Part shown: one piece after another, positions 1 to 9,301 of the stretch | How the letters are laid out: each line of letters begins with the position of its first letter | Position numbering within the stretch: position 1 is the stretch's first letter | Assembly: GCA_903946795.1 (NCBI GenBank) | Contig: CAJAXB010000073.1 | Span: 1 to 55,566, forward strand | Source: an uncultured Candidatus Saccharibacteria bacterium | GTDB lineage: Bacteria > Patescibacteriota > Saccharimonadia > Saccharimonadales > AWTP1-31 | Length of the DNA stretch: 55,566 nt | Direction of reading: 5' to 3' | The notes under the pieces: model-generated | The model's input: the letters and a program-made list of their open reading frames with translations, nothing else | Database searches by the model: none | What the model was told of the DNA's origin: nothing | Program-made: the position numbers and the translations under genes

Positions 1-1
1 A

Positions 2-994
2 TCAAACAACGATCTTCACATAGGAAACTATCTTGGAGCGTTAATGCCGATCATTAATATGCAGGTACAGCACGCAAAAGACTCAACAATACATCTTTTC
101 GTTCCTGACTTGCATAGTTTCACGACGCCCATAGATCACAGTGTGTTTTATGAGCAAACCATCAATAACCTACGCATTTATGTTGCTGCAGGACTCGATC
201 TCGATGATCAAAGTACGCATATATACAGACAGAGCTTTATTCCGGCTCACTCAGAACTGACTATCATTCTTAACTGCTTTAGCCATATGGGTGAACTTAA
301 TCGTATGACTCAGTTCAAAGAAAAAGCAGACAATAAACCAAACATTAGCGTTGGCCTATTCGATTATCCAGTACTTATGGCAAGTGATATTTTGCTCTAC
401 GACGCGAAATACGTACCCGTTGGAGCAGACCAATCACAGCATCTAGAGTTAACGAGAGATATTGCAATTCGCATGAATAATAAATTTGGTGAGCTATTCA
501 CTGTTCCTGAACCAGAAGAAGTCCAAGCTAAGTTTGCAAACCAAACAGGACGCCTGCGTATTCGTGATCTCATTAATCCTGAAAAGAAAATGAGTAAATC
601 AGATGAAACAGGTAAAGGAGTTATATTCCTGACAGACGATCCAGAAGTTGCTGCCAAGAAAGTAATGGGTGCAACAACAGATAGCTTTGGTGAAATCCGC
701 TATGACAAGAAGGAGCGTCCTGGAATAAGTAACCTGCTTGATATTCTCGCAGCTTTCAGTGATCGCAGTATTGAAGACGTAGTCAAAGAATATGATGGAC
801 AGACACAATATAGACCACTAAAGTCAGCAGTTTCTGATGCAGTGCGTACATTTCTCGCTGACTTCCAAAGCCGTATGTCGAGTATTGATGACAGCGTCAT
901 TCTGAATAAACTTGAATCAAGTGAAAAACTCATGAATGAAATTGCTAACAAAAAACTACTGAATGTCCAAAAAGCCATAGGCTTACGATCATGA
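2..994 (+). CDS. trpS: Tryptophan--tRNA ligase (class I), 5' end runs off the window
   Basis: The ORF-track Met at 44 is internal. The same frame is open back to nt 2 and encodes SNNDLHIGNYLGAL, with the HIGH-type signature HIGN at 17-28. KMSKS is present verbatim (EKKMSKSDE). The GADQSQHLELTRDIAIRMN block is typical of TrpRS. The stop overlaps the next start (ATGA at 991-994). Confidence 0.9.
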   Translation, partial: SNNDLHIGNYLGALMPIINMQVQHAKDSTIHLFVPDLHSFTTPIDHSVFYEQTINNLRIYVAAGLDLDDQSTHIYRQSFIPAHSELTIILNCFSHMGELNRMTQFKEKADNKPNISVGLFDYPVLMASDILLYDAKYVPVGADQSQHLELTRDIAIRMNNKFGELFTVPEPEEVQAKFANQTGRLRIRDLINPEKKMSKSDETGKGVIFLTDDPEVAAKKVMGATTDSFGEIRYDKKERPGISNLLDILAAFSDRSIEDVVKEYDGQTQYRPLKSAVSDAVRTFLADFQSRMSSIDDSVILNKLESSEKLMNEIANKKLLNVQKAIGLRS

Positions 995-1857
995 GGCAAC
1001 ACTTCACCGCAACTGAAGCCTCTCGGCTTGACGTCTTTGTCGTGCAGTCTATTCCTGATGCCAGTAGATCATTTGCCAGTTCACTGTGCGATCAAGGCAA
1101 GGTATCAATAAACGGAGTTGTGACGTATAAGACCTCTGCAAAGGTTAAAACAGGTGACAAAATCGAAATTGAATTTGATAAAAAGCTTGCTGATACTATT
1201 CCAGAAATCTCACTTGAAATTCTTTATGAAGACGACGATTGCATTGTAATCATAAAGCCAGAAGGGGTATTAACGCATTCAAAAGGAGCATTTAACCCAG
1301 AAGCAACAGTATCTTCCTTCATTCGTCCTTACACCATAGGCATGCAAGATAACCGGGGAGGAATAGTACACAGACTAGACCGCGTCACGTCTGGAGTGCT
1401 GATTTGTGCAAAGCACGAGAAAGCACTTGAGTGGCTACAGCAACAATTTGCAGACCGTAAAGCTAAAAAAGAGTACATTGCAGTAGTAGAAGGAGTTCCA
1501 GAGACTCTTGAGGCTACAATAGAAATGCCTATTGAACGCAATCCAAAAAAGCCGCAGACCTTCCGAGTAGGCCCAAATGGCAAAAAGGCTGAAACGTACT
1601 ACAAAGTACTCAAACATACAGCCGATTATAGCCTCGTTGATTTAAAGCCTGTTACGGGACGTACGCACCAGTTGCGTGTGCATATGCAACAAATAGGCCA
1701 TCCTATTGTTGGAGACGTTCTCTATGGTGCACAGCCAGCCGATAGGACATATCTGCATGCGCACTCATTAACGATTACTATTCCAAGTGGCGAAACAAAG
1801 ACGTTCACTGCAGCCGTGCCATCAAGCTTTAATGACCGCGTAGACTCTCATGGCTAA
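991..1857 (+). CDS. RluA-family 23S rRNA pseudouridine synthase with N-terminal S4-like domain
   Basis: Catalytic motif HRLDRVTSGVLICAK and the GRTHQLRVHM block are present. The start overlaps the trpS stop by 4 nt. Confidence 0.85.
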   Translation: MRQHFTATEASRLDVFVVQSIPDASRSFASSLCDQGKVSINGVVTYKTSAKVKTGDKIEIEFDKKLADTIPEISLEILYEDDDCIVIIKPEGVLTHSKGAFNPEATVSSFIRPYTIGMQDNRGGIVHRLDRVTSGVLICAKHEKALEWLQQQFADRKAKKEYIAVVEGVPETLEATIEMPIERNPKKPQTFRVGPNGKKAETYYKVLKHTADYSLVDLKPVTGRTHQLRVHMQQIGHPIVGDVLYGAQPADRTYLHAHSLTITIPSGETKTFTAAVPSSFNDRVDSHG

Positions 1858-2701
1858 CCTTCCAGTTCATGAGAGCTCATTGGCCCTAATCAAAGCATTC
1901 GTGCAAAAGCCTGCCCACGCGCTGATTCTTCAAAGTGCGTCTTCTCAAGCACTGCAGCTCACAGCCGATTTTCTAGCTACATCCATCCTTGATACTTTCA
2001 GTACAAAAGATAATCCTGCGGTGCTTCTCATGCCTAAGGACAGTGCAGCAGTCGGAATTGAAGAGATACGTGAAATACAGAAGTTCATAAAACTAAAAAC
2101 TGTAGGCAAACAGACTATTCGAAGAATTATTTGTATTTCGAACGCAGAAAAAATGAGTACCGAAGCTCAGAACGCTCTTTTGAAGATTCTTGAAGAACCA
2201 CCACTCGATACAATACTAATAATATGTACAAAAAGTACTGATGCATTACTACCGACAATTCGTTCACGTGCACAAACAATATCTCTTAAAAATCCGACTC
2301 GTACACAGTACATGAGTATCTATTCTACCCAAGGTCCGACTGCAGTAGAAAAAGCATTTCTCATGAGCGACGGCTTACCTGAGGCTATGGATGCACTACT
2401 TCTCGGCGAAACTGAAAACTCAAGCGCGGCAGACATAACACAAGCAAAACAGATTCTCGGTTCAAGTGCTTTTGATAGGCTCATTCAAGTCGAAGTAATT
2501 TCTAAAAATAAAACAGCACCGCAAGTCTTAAAAGCACTGGAAAGCATGTGCTATGCAGCGCTGAAACAATCGGCAAGCAAAAACGCCGCTTCATCTAAAC
2601 AATGGGCACGTAGGCTTAAACTTATTCTTGACGCAGAACGTGACCTAACATTTAATGTGTCTTCAAAGATTGTGCTTACTGATCTTTTTCTACAGATGTA
2701 A
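1850..2701 (+). CDS. holB: DNA polymerase III delta-prime subunit (clamp loader)
   Basis: Carries the NALLKILEEPP box and an SRAQ/SRC-like TIRSRAQ motif. Size is about 280 aa. The start overlaps the upstream stop. Confidence 0.75.
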   Translation: MANLPVHESSLALIKAFVQKPAHALILQSASSQALQLTADFLATSILDTFSTKDNPAVLLMPKDSAAVGIEEIREIQKFIKLKTVGKQTIRRIICISNAEKMSTEAQNALLKILEEPPLDTILIICTKSTDALLPTIRSRAQTISLKNPTRTQYMSIYSTQGPTAVEKAFLMSDGLPEAMDALLLGETENSSAADITQAKQILGSSAFDRLIQVEVISKNKTAPQVLKALESMCYAALKQSASKNAASSKQWARRLKLILDAERDLTFNVSSKIVLTDLFLQM

Positions 2702-2745
2702 GGAGTATTCGTAATATAGGGCCGGGTACGGTATAATCATTTAAT

Positions 2746-3402
2746 ATGCTAGCACTTGTACTTGTACTAATCTTTGGTGTCATCGCGCTACGCGGTGCAG
2801 ATAAAATTGGTGAAGATGAACTTTCAGAGTTGCCAAGAAAAATTACTGACCGAGTTGGCAAGCTATGGGATATAGCTCACCAGGGAATGCGTGAAAACCG
2901 CTTTTTACGCGCTGAGAAAGCTTTGCTCTCCATCTTAAAGATTGACCAAAGAAACGCTGCAGCCTATAACCGTCTTGGTATCCTTTACGCCAAACAAAAA
3001 GAATATAAAGACGCCATTGACTGCTTCGAGATTGCAAGCAGTATTGAAGCAACTCCTTCTAGCCTCCATAACCTAGGTCTGATCTATTTCGAAACAGAGA
3101 ACTACGAAAAGGCTGCTATCGCTTTTGAACAATCACTTAAGCTTGATGACGGTCTTGCTGCACGTCACATTGCGTATGCAAAAGTACAAGAGCAATTAGG
3201 GAACGATAAATCAATGCTTAATGAGCTTGAGAAGGCTGCAGAGCTTGAACCAAACAAGGAAACATACCAATTACTTCAGAAAGCATACAAGGATAAGGGT
3301 ATGGATCGCGAAGCAGATGAAGTTGAACAAAAGCTTAAGAAACTTATTATCCCAAGCGGTAAACCAAAAAAAGTCGTTCGTCCAAGACGGGTTGTCATTT
3401 AA
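2746..3402 (+). CDS. Membrane-anchored tetratricopeptide-repeat protein
   Basis: Has an N-terminal hydrophobic helix (LALVLVLIFGVIAL). It is followed by TPR-like repeats (AAAYNRLGILYAKQKEYKDAIDCFE, LHNLGLIYFETENYEKAAIAFEQSL) and a basic C-terminal tail. Confidence 0.7.
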   Translation: MLALVLVLIFGVIALRGADKIGEDELSELPRKITDRVGKLWDIAHQGMRENRFLRAEKALLSILKIDQRNAAAYNRLGILYAKQKEYKDAIDCFEIASSIEATPSSLHNLGLIYFETENYEKAAIAFEQSLKLDDGLAARHIAYAKVQEQLGNDKSMLNELEKAAELEPNKETYQLLQKAYKDKGMDREADEVEQKLKKLIIPSGKPKKVVRPRRVVI

Positions 3403-3436
3403 CCCCTGTTTTGATACACTTATTTAGTATTTTTAC

Positions 3437-3513
3437 GCCGGCATAGCTCAGTTGGTTAGAGCACCTGTTTTGTAAACAGGGGGTCGTGGGTTCGAATCCC
3501 TCTGCCGGCTCCA
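3437..3513 (+). tRNA. tRNA-Thr (anticodon UGU), CCA encoded
   Basis: Hand-folded cloverleaf. Acceptor gccggca/tgccggc; anticodon stem cctgt/acagg with loop ttTGTaa; T-loop GGTTCGAATCC. Confidence 0.9.
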
Positions 3514-3533
3514 TATATTTACGTTAATAATTT

Positions 3534-3619
3534 GCAGGGTTAGTGAAGCGGTCAAACACGACAGACTGTAAATCTGTTGGCTTATGCCTTCGTAGGTTCG
3601 AATCCTACACCCTGCACCA
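3534..3619 (+). tRNA. tRNA-Tyr (anticodon GUA), long variable arm, CCA encoded
   Basis: Acceptor gcagggt/accctgc; anticodon stem acaga/tctgt with loop ctGTAaa. The long extra arm (tggcttatgccttcg) is typical of bacterial type II tRNA-Tyr. T-loop GGTTCGAATCC. Confidence 0.9.
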
Positions 3620-3635
3620 ATCACTAGCGAAATAG

Positions 3636-3660
3636 AAGACTTCTAAGGAAGTCTTTTGTT
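3636..3660 (+). terminator. Intrinsic terminator after the tRNA-Thr/Tyr pair
   Basis: Stem aagacttc/gaagtctt (8 bp), loop taag, followed by a TT-G-TT tract. Confidence 0.55.
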
Positions 3661-3671
3661 ATTCTTAGTAT

Positions 3672-4208
3672 ATGTTTGAAACATCCATTAACGAAGCTAA
3701 AAAACTACTCAGTAAGACAGATGATAGGGCTCATGATATTAACCATGCTAGACGAGTCTCTGAAAACGCAGTTTCAATTGGCAAGCGATTGGATCATAAG
3801 AACATTGAACTATTAGAGCTATGCGGTTGGTGGCATGATGTGGGACGAACTATACGTGATGCAGGTCACGAAAAAATTAGTGCAGAAATGTTATACAAGG
3901 ATTTGATTAAAAGACAAAAGGATATTAAGCTATCCAAATCTGCTTATGATGCTATTGTTTTCCATAGATGGGATATGAGTCCACAAACACTGGAAGGCAA
4001 AATAATTCGTGATGCCGATAAGCTAGACTTTATTTCGATTGAGAGGTGGCAGGCATGTATTGAGCATGGCCAATTTAAACATTTGAGAGATATGAAGACG
4101 CTACTCGATCAATTGCCTGATCTACTCAAATTAGATGTTTCTGTAGAAATATATCTTAAGAAAATAATTATGTTTAAAAAATCCAGGTTAATCGATTTAG
4201 TTAAGTAG
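3672..4208 (+). CDS. HD-domain phosphohydrolase
   Basis: Has H..H (HDINHARRV), the HD doublet (WWHDVGR) and a distal Asp (RDADKLDF). Confidence 0.7.
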   Translation: MFETSINEAKKLLSKTDDRAHDINHARRVSENAVSIGKRLDHKNIELLELCGWWHDVGRTIRDAGHEKISAEMLYKDLIKRQKDIKLSKSAYDAIVFHRWDMSPQTLEGKIIRDADKLDFISIERWQACIEHGQFKHLRDMKTLLDQLPDLLKLDVSVEIYLKKIIMFKKSRLIDLVK

Positions 4209-4293
4209 CAAATTTCTTACCGCGTTCATTACTCAATCCACATTGTTTCGTTACTTACATACGCGAGCTATTTTTATTTGGTATACTTTGTAG

Positions 4294-4902
4294 ATGAATC
4301 AGCAAGTACTTGTCATTCACGGTGGAACAACGTTTCCGAATCATAAAAAATTCCTAGAGCATCTATCTACGCTGGATATAGATCTTGAAAGATTACGCTA
4401 TAAGCTAGACTGGAAAGGATCCCTCGCACAAGACCTTGGCAACGACTACGATGTCTTCACACCGAAAATGCCTAATGCAACAAATGCGCAGTACGACGAA
4501 TGGAAAATATGGTTTGAAAATATTTTGCCGCGCATGCATAAGGATATTATTCTCGTCGGACACTCATTGGGAGGGGCATTTCTTATTAGATATCTATCAG
4601 AAAACAAAGTAAGTAGTAGTATTAAAGCATTATTCTTAATTGCTTCACCATACGAAGCAATTGAAGATGAAGAGTACTTAGGTGGATTTGAACTATCCAA
4701 AAAAAACGAACCGCTATCTCTGCAGTCAAATCAGATTATTATATTTCATAGTGATGACGACAAAGTGGTCCCCGTTGAGCAATCAAAGCAATTACATGCT
4801 CTCGTTGAAGGCTCACAGCTTAAAATACTGAATAATTATGGGCACATAAACACTGAACATTTTCCAGAGTTAGTTAAAGAGATTCGTAATATCATGCTGT
4901 GA
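4294..4902 (+). CDS. Alpha/beta serine hydrolase (YdeN/RBBP9-like)
   Basis: Nucleophile elbow VGHSLGG, N-terminal VLVIHGG and late D/H residues (HSDDDKVVP, YGHIN). Length is about 200 aa. Confidence 0.65.
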   Translation: MNQQVLVIHGGTTFPNHKKFLEHLSTLDIDLERLRYKLDWKGSLAQDLGNDYDVFTPKMPNATNAQYDEWKIWFENILPRMHKDIILVGHSLGGAFLIRYLSENKVSSSIKALFLIASPYEAIEDEEYLGGFELSKKNEPLSLQSNQIIIFHSDDDKVVPVEQSKQLHALVEGSQLKILNNYGHINTEHFPELVKEIRNIML

Positions 4903-4914
4903 TATCATTTATGT

Positions 4915-5493
4915 ATGAGTAAAAAGCATAAAAAGAATAACTTTCAAATAATATTAATTGTTTTTCTGATAGTAGTACTAGCAATTGGTTCCTATATTTT
5001 ATTTTTTGGAGGCAATAAACAGATTAAAAAAATGTACTATAGCCGTAAAGCAATGCGAGCATTTAATGATGAAAAAAATAAGCTAGGTCCATCGATAACT
5101 GCTCTAGGATTAACAGATACTGAAAAACTTAAACCTGAGTGCAAGGAAATTGAAAAAACAGGAGAGTCTAATAAATCGATCAATTGTACAGTTACATACA
5201 ATAAAGCTACAACCTACGATTCTGCTGATTCCGTTAGTAAAGCACTAGGAAATGCTAAAATATTGAGTCAGCAACTAGGCTCGCAAGGCTGGGTAAAGGG
5301 TAACTATGATATTGATCAGTGGTTTAGCGAAGTGTTAAACAAAGTAGACTACAATCCTGATGCAACATTCGAAAGACTTAACAATAATACTCTATGTGTT
5401 CTCCAGTTCACCGTTGCATACTCAAATCCGAAACCACCTACAGTGAACGTTAACTATAGTTGTAGCACTCCTGAAACTAAGACTCCATTTTAA
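4915..5493 (+). CDS. Hypothetical membrane-anchored exported protein
   Basis: Basic N-terminus plus one TM helix (IILIVFLIVVLAIGSYILFF), then a soluble domain with four Cys. No family recognised. Confidence 0.6.
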   Translation: MSKKHKKNNFQIILIVFLIVVLAIGSYILFFGGNKQIKKMYYSRKAMRAFNDEKNKLGPSITALGLTDTEKLKPECKEIEKTGESNKSINCTVTYNKATTYDSADSVSKALGNAKILSQQLGSQGWVKGNYDIDQWFSEVLNKVDYNPDATFERLNNNTLCVLQFTVAYSNPKPPTVNVNYSCSTPETKTPF

Positions 5494-5584
5494 TATACGT
5501 TAGCGTACTACTATTCATTTGATACGAAAATATAACAACACAAATTAATAGCCTTGAGCAGTTTATTTTATTATCATAAGTGTA

Positions 5585-5974
5585 ATGGAGCTGGAAAACA
5601 CAAATTTTGAATCTATTAACTTTGCCCGAGCTACGTACCCGGATGAATTAGCAGTATTTACTATTGGCTCAACACTTATCGATCACATTGAAGGTTCAAT
5701 TACTGATTCTGCTGTGGTAGATATCGAAAGTACAATCGACGATTACGCTCGTGATAACAGCAGGCTTAATCTTCCAATACAGTCTGAGACACTTCCTGGC
5801 ATATTTCCCCTTGAAATAGAGCCTGTCAGTGAAGAAGAATCAGAAGTGCTGCGAAAGTTAATCCCAAACTGGCGTCAGGTTGGATCATTTCTTATTCGTC
5901 TTGATTCAATAAAGTTACCTTCAATTGCACCTGTGAATACAGAACGACCGTCGCTACTTAGTACGTTCTCATAA
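5585..5974 (+). CDS. Hypothetical acidic protein
   Basis: A 129-codon ORF with no competing ORF. No motif recognised. Confidence 0.45.
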   Translation: MELENTNFESINFARATYPDELAVFTIGSTLIDHIEGSITDSAVVDIESTIDDYARDNSRLNLPIQSETLPGIFPLEIEPVSEEESEVLRKLIPNWRQVGSFLIRLDSIKLPSIAPVNTERPSLLSTFS

Positions 5975-6033
5975 CGTTTCTTTGAATACCCCCTCGAAAA
6001 ATGTCATAAAATCTGTTAAAATTGCACGGTTAA

Positions 6034-6108
6034 GCCGTCGTAGCTCAGTGGTAGAGCACCGCCATGGTAAGGCGGGGGTCTCGGGTTCAATCCCCGACGA
6101 CGGCTCCA
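6034..6108 (+). tRNA. tRNA-Thr (anticodon GGU), CCA encoded
   Basis: Acceptor gccgtcg/cgacggc; anticodon stem ccgcc/ggcgg with loop atGGTaa; T-loop GGTTCAATCC. Confidence 0.9.
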
Positions 6109-6190
6109 TGCACTAAAGCTATACAAATTACGTTACAGCAAAGCGAAAAAGACTAGTAATTAAGATTGATATCTGTTAAAATATATTTCT

Positions 6191-6388
6191 ATGGCAAAGA
6201 AAACTGATAAACGAAAGATCGTAGGTCTTGTATGTGAAGAGACTGGCATCCGCCACTACTACACAACCAAGAATACTATGAACACACCCGAAAAACTTCG
6301 TCTTAAGAAGTATAACCCTCTCCTTCGCAAGTACACATGGTACAGTGAAACCAAGAAATCTCTTGGACGCAACGAAGTAAAGAAATAA
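6191..6388 (+). CDS. rpmG: 50S ribosomal protein L33
   Basis: MAKK..KIVGLVCEETGIRHYYTTKN....KLRLKKYNPLLRKYTWYSETK matches the L33 pattern. It lies upstream of secE-nusG, as is usual. Confidence 0.85.
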   Translation: MAKKTDKRKIVGLVCEETGIRHYYTTKNTMNTPEKLRLKKYNPLLRKYTWYSETKKSLGRNEVKK

Positions 6389-6393
6389 AACTA

Positions 6394-6419
6394 ACCACCC
6401 AAACAAGGGTGGTTTTTTT
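6394..6419 (+). terminator. Intrinsic terminator after rpmG
   Basis: Stem accaccc/gggtggt, loop aaacaa, then T6. Confidence 0.8.
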
Positions 6420-6441
6420 ATAACGTGATACCATAAGAAGT

Positions 6442-7182
6442 ATGAAAAAATACTTAGCAACATCACTCCTATCACTTACATTAATCGCAGCGTATGCTCC
6501 GACTGCGTATGCAACCAGCCTGGCGGTAACGGTAGATATTAATGCAGGTTGTCAAGGAACTGTTAATGGAAGCTCTTCGATTACTTTACCCGTAGAATCT
6601 ACGCAGAGTTCTAATATTACAATTTTTAATCAGAACTACGTTTCTTATCAAAATGTTGCAGGACCAGGCTTTTCAGGGTCGCTAGCAAACAACAATAAGG
6701 TTCCTACTGGTGAAGTTGTTAGAACTTTCAATGTTGGAACAATAACTGCTAATACAACAATTACGGTTACTCCAGTAATTACACAAAATACAGATGCATA
6801 CATTGCCGGTAATAATAGCTGCCCTCCTGGGTCAAATCCAGTACCGAGCACAATCATACTAACTCCAATTAAGCCTGCGAGCACTCCAGCACCGACCACC
6901 ACTAAAACTACGACTCCTACCCCAACAGCAAAAACTACTGCGACAGCTTCAACTACAGCTACCACACCAGTAGTATCTAGTGATTCAAAAGACACCTCTG
7001 TAACCAATTCACAGACTCCCTCGCAGCCGACACAGAAGAAACGAAATCTTACTCCTATATATATCGGAGCCTTTGTTGGTGCAGTAGCTGGAGCGATCGC
7101 ATATGTAGCTCAGAATAAGAAAAAGAATACGAAACAAACAAAATCTATGAAAAAAATAAAGAAAAGTAAGACAAAAAAATAG
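6442..7182 (+). CDS. Secreted surface protein with Thr/Pro-rich stalk, C-terminal TM anchor and Lys-rich tail
   Basis: Signal-peptide-like N-terminus (MKKYLATSLLSLTLIAAYAPTAYA). A globular N-domain is followed by the PASTPAPTTTKTTTPTPTAKTTATASTTATTP linker. A TM helix (IYIGAFVGAVAGAIAYV) and a KKKN..KKSKTKK tail close the protein. Confidence 0.75.
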   Translation: MKKYLATSLLSLTLIAAYAPTAYATSLAVTVDINAGCQGTVNGSSSITLPVESTQSSNITIFNQNYVSYQNVAGPGFSGSLANNNKVPTGEVVRTFNVGTITANTTITVTPVITQNTDAYIAGNNSCPPGSNPVPSTIILTPIKPASTPAPTTTKTTTPTPTAKTTATASTTATTPVVSSDSKDTSVTNSQTPSQPTQKKRNLTPIYIGAFVGAVAGAIAYVAQNKKKNTKQTKSMKKIKKSKTKK

Positions 7183-7212
7183 AAGCCATATATAGAGCTT
7201 CTTGATTCATTG

Positions 7213-7287
7213 TGGCAGGGGTACGTGGAATCGAACCACGGTCTTAGGTTTTGGAGACCCATATACTAGCCGCTGTACTATACCCCT
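7213..7287 (-). tRNA. tRNA-Trp (anticodon CCA), CCA encoded
   Basis: The reverse complement reads AGGGGTA..., with anticodon loop ctCCAaa, T-loop GGTTCGATTCC, 3' acceptor TACCCCT, discriminator G and CCA. The A1-U72 pair and G73 match bacterial tRNA-Trp. Confidence 0.9.
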
Positions 7288-7431
7288 ATATTAATGAACT
7301 TAGTATATAGTAAAACATCCTGAGCAATTTGTCACTAGCGATTACTACTTATGGCTACTCTTAGTTTATGCTGTATTATTTTCACAATAGAGTTTATTTA
7401 CAGGGTAGCATAAGATACAATATAGATTACT

Positions 7432-8094
7432 ATGAGCAAAGTGATATCAACAAAACCAGTCCTGATTATGTTGTACGGCTATCCTGGAGCTGGCAAAACT
7501 CACTTTGCACGGCAACTTAGCGAAACATTGCATGCTGCTCATGTGCACGGTGACCGAATTCGCGGTGAGTTATTCGAAAAACCTCAATACGACACGCATG
7601 AGAATGAAGTCGTCAACCACCTGATGATATATATGGCAGAAGAATTTCTAAAAGCTGGGGTCAGCGTTATTTTCGATGCCAATAGCGACAGAACTGCCCA
7701 TCGACGTGAAATGCGTAATATTGCGCGCAAAATTAAGGCTGAAACACTGCTTGTATGGCTTCAGATCGACTCTGTAAGTGCATTTGCACGGCTTGGTCGG
7801 CGCGATAAGCGTAAAGCTGATGATAAGTACGCAACACCATATACCAGCGATTCTTTTGAAAAATACATTCAAAAGATGCAGAATCCAAAGAACGAAGACT
7901 ATGTTGTCGTCAGCGGTAAGCATACCTTTAATACACAACGCAGTGCAGTCATTAAGAAATTGTATGAAATTGGAGCTATCGCAATAGATGAAGCTACCAG
8001 TGGAGTAGTAAAGCCAGGACTCGTAAATCTCATTCCAAATCAACTACGCGGTGGTCGCGTTGATAACTCACGTCGCAATATACTCATTCGATAA
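7432..8094 (+). CDS. P-loop ATP-binding protein (AAA_33/zeta-toxin-like kinase fold)
   Basis: Walker A GYPGAGKTH at the N-terminus and a Walker B-like VIFDAN. Length is 220 aa. Confidence 0.6.
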   Translation: MSKVISTKPVLIMLYGYPGAGKTHFARQLSETLHAAHVHGDRIRGELFEKPQYDTHENEVVNHLMIYMAEEFLKAGVSVIFDANSDRTAHRREMRNIARKIKAETLLVWLQIDSVSAFARLGRRDKRKADDKYATPYTSDSFEKYIQKMQNPKNEDYVVVSGKHTFNTQRSAVIKKLYEIGAIAIDEATSGVVKPGLVNLIPNQLRGGRVDNSRRNILIR

Positions 8095-8783
8095 TGAAGA
8101 CTGTCTCAATACCCGATATTGGGGAAGTGCAGCTTGTAAAAAATTCACGTTCGCGAACTATTAAGATGACTATTGACCGCAATAGTACAGTTAAGGTCAC
8201 ACTACCTTCGTGGGCCCCATATAAAGCTGGTGAGCTTTTCGTATTATCAAAGCAGGAGTGGATTAAGGAACATATACAGCCAAAGACACTTCTCAAGCAT
8301 GGTGACCCAATTGGAAAATTCCATCATCTATATTTTAGAAGCGATGAAACAGTAAAAACCGTCACAAGCCGCCAAAAAGGCAGTGCGCTTTGGGTAACCC
8401 ATCCACATACCCTTAAGCATACTCATGAGACCGTACAAGCCAGTGCACGTAAGATATCTATGAAAGCTTTACGTGTGCAAGCTCAAAATACCTTACCCCA
8501 ACGACTGACGCAGTTAGCGAAGAAGCATGGCTTTGAGTTTTCTTCTGTTAGCGTACGTCAACTAAAAGCACGCTGGGGAAGCTGTAGTAGTAAACAAGAA
8601 ATAACATTGAACTTCTTTCTCATGCAACTACCATGGGAATTGATTGACTACGTCTTGCTTCATGAACTCACACATACAAAAGCTATGCATCATGGTCCTG
8701 AATTCTGGAAGATTTTTGACCAGGCCTTGCCTAATGCCAAAAGCTACAGAAAACAATTGCACGAATACGCTCCATATATTTAG
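8094..8783 (+). CDS. YgjP-like (DUF45/WLM-type) zinc metallopeptidase
   Basis: C-terminal HELTHTKAMHHGPEFW (HExxH plus a downstream H) is characteristic of the YgjP family. The start overlaps the upstream stop (TAATG). Confidence 0.7.
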   Translation: MKTVSIPDIGEVQLVKNSRSRTIKMTIDRNSTVKVTLPSWAPYKAGELFVLSKQEWIKEHIQPKTLLKHGDPIGKFHHLYFRSDETVKTVTSRQKGSALWVTHPHTLKHTHETVQASARKISMKALRVQAQNTLPQRLTQLAKKHGFEFSSVSVRQLKARWGSCSSKQEITLNFFLMQLPWELIDYVLLHELTHTKAMHHGPEFWKIFDQALPNAKSYRKQLHEYAPYI

Positions 8784-8831
8784 CTATACACCTTGCTAAA
8801 CTCCTTGCAATAGTGTAGTATTGACTTATCG

Positions 8832-8860
8832 ACCTACCATTTTAGTAGGTTATTTTTATT
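8832..8860 (+). terminator. Weak intrinsic terminator upstream of secE
   Basis: Stem acctac/gtaggt (6 bp), 7-nt loop, T-rich tail tatttttattt. Confidence 0.35.
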
Positions 8861-8872
8861 TAGAGGAGTGTC

Positions 8873-9301
8873 ATGGCTGATAAATCAAAGGGTACATCAC
8901 CAAAACGTAAACTTGTAACCGTACGAGAGCGTTCAGAAAATACTCCTGAAAATAAATCACGGGCTAGAAGAGTTACATCAACAGCAAAGAAAGCATCTGC
9001 ACCATTTCGTGTTGTAGGTCGGTTTCTAAAAAAGCTCGCACATCCGTTCCGATTCATGCTCGCACCTTTTAAAACACGGCCAGCACGTTTCATTGGACGA
9101 ATACTCGCTAAAGTATTGTTAATCAACTACTTCCGCAGTGCATGGAAAGAGCTTCGCCAAGTCACATGGCCTGATCGAAAAGAAACACGACAACTCACAC
9201 TTGCAGTATTCGCCTTTGCAGTTGTATTTGGCATCATGATTACACTAACAGATTACGGATTAGATAAAGTATTTAAAAAGGTTATATTAAAGAATGAGTA
9301 A
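8873..9301 (+). CDS. secE: Preprotein translocase subunit SecE with a long basic N-terminal extension
   Basis: The C-terminal block ELRQVTWPDRKETRQLTLAVFAFAVVFGIMITLTDYGLD is the canonical SecE TM segment. It lies directly upstream of nusG. About 85 aa of Arg/Lys-rich sequence precede it. Confidence 0.85.
   Translation: MADKSKGTSPKRKLVTVRERSENTPENKSRARRVTSTAKKASAPFRVVGRFLKKLAHPFRFMLAPFKTRPARFIGRILAKVLLINYFRSAWKELRQVTWPDRKETRQLTLAVFAFAVVFGIMITLTDYGLDKVFKKVILKNE

Noticed and set aside
397-1002. Three antisense ORFs (397-657, 599-808, 700-1002, minus strand) inside trpS. Similar antisense or out-of-frame ORFs occur inside many other genes, for example 1329-1617, 10450-11191, 17506-17730, 23106-23990, 27493-27903, 29595-29995 and 30304-30645.
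   Set aside because: Each lies entirely within a gene whose product shows strong family motifs. None has a recognisable motif or SD, and their composition is what the complement of a coding frame would give. They are treated as spurious.
6176-6475. A 99-codon minus-strand ORF spanning rpmG and its terminator.
   Set aside because: It overlaps the clearly recognisable L33 gene and the intrinsic terminator. The sequence is hydrophobic with no features.
6880-7010. ACN/CCN-rich low-complexity DNA that looks repeat-like.
   Set aside because: It is explained by the Thr/Pro/Ala-rich coding stalk of the surface protein. There is no exact DNA-level periodic unit.
7432-8783. The P-loop kinase plus metallopeptidase pair (start/stop overlap), considered as a zeta-toxin-type toxin-antitoxin or defence module.
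   Set aside because: The gene sizes and the YgjP-type peptidase do not match known epsilon/zeta architecture. There is no small antitoxin ORF and composition is core-like. Evidence is insufficient.
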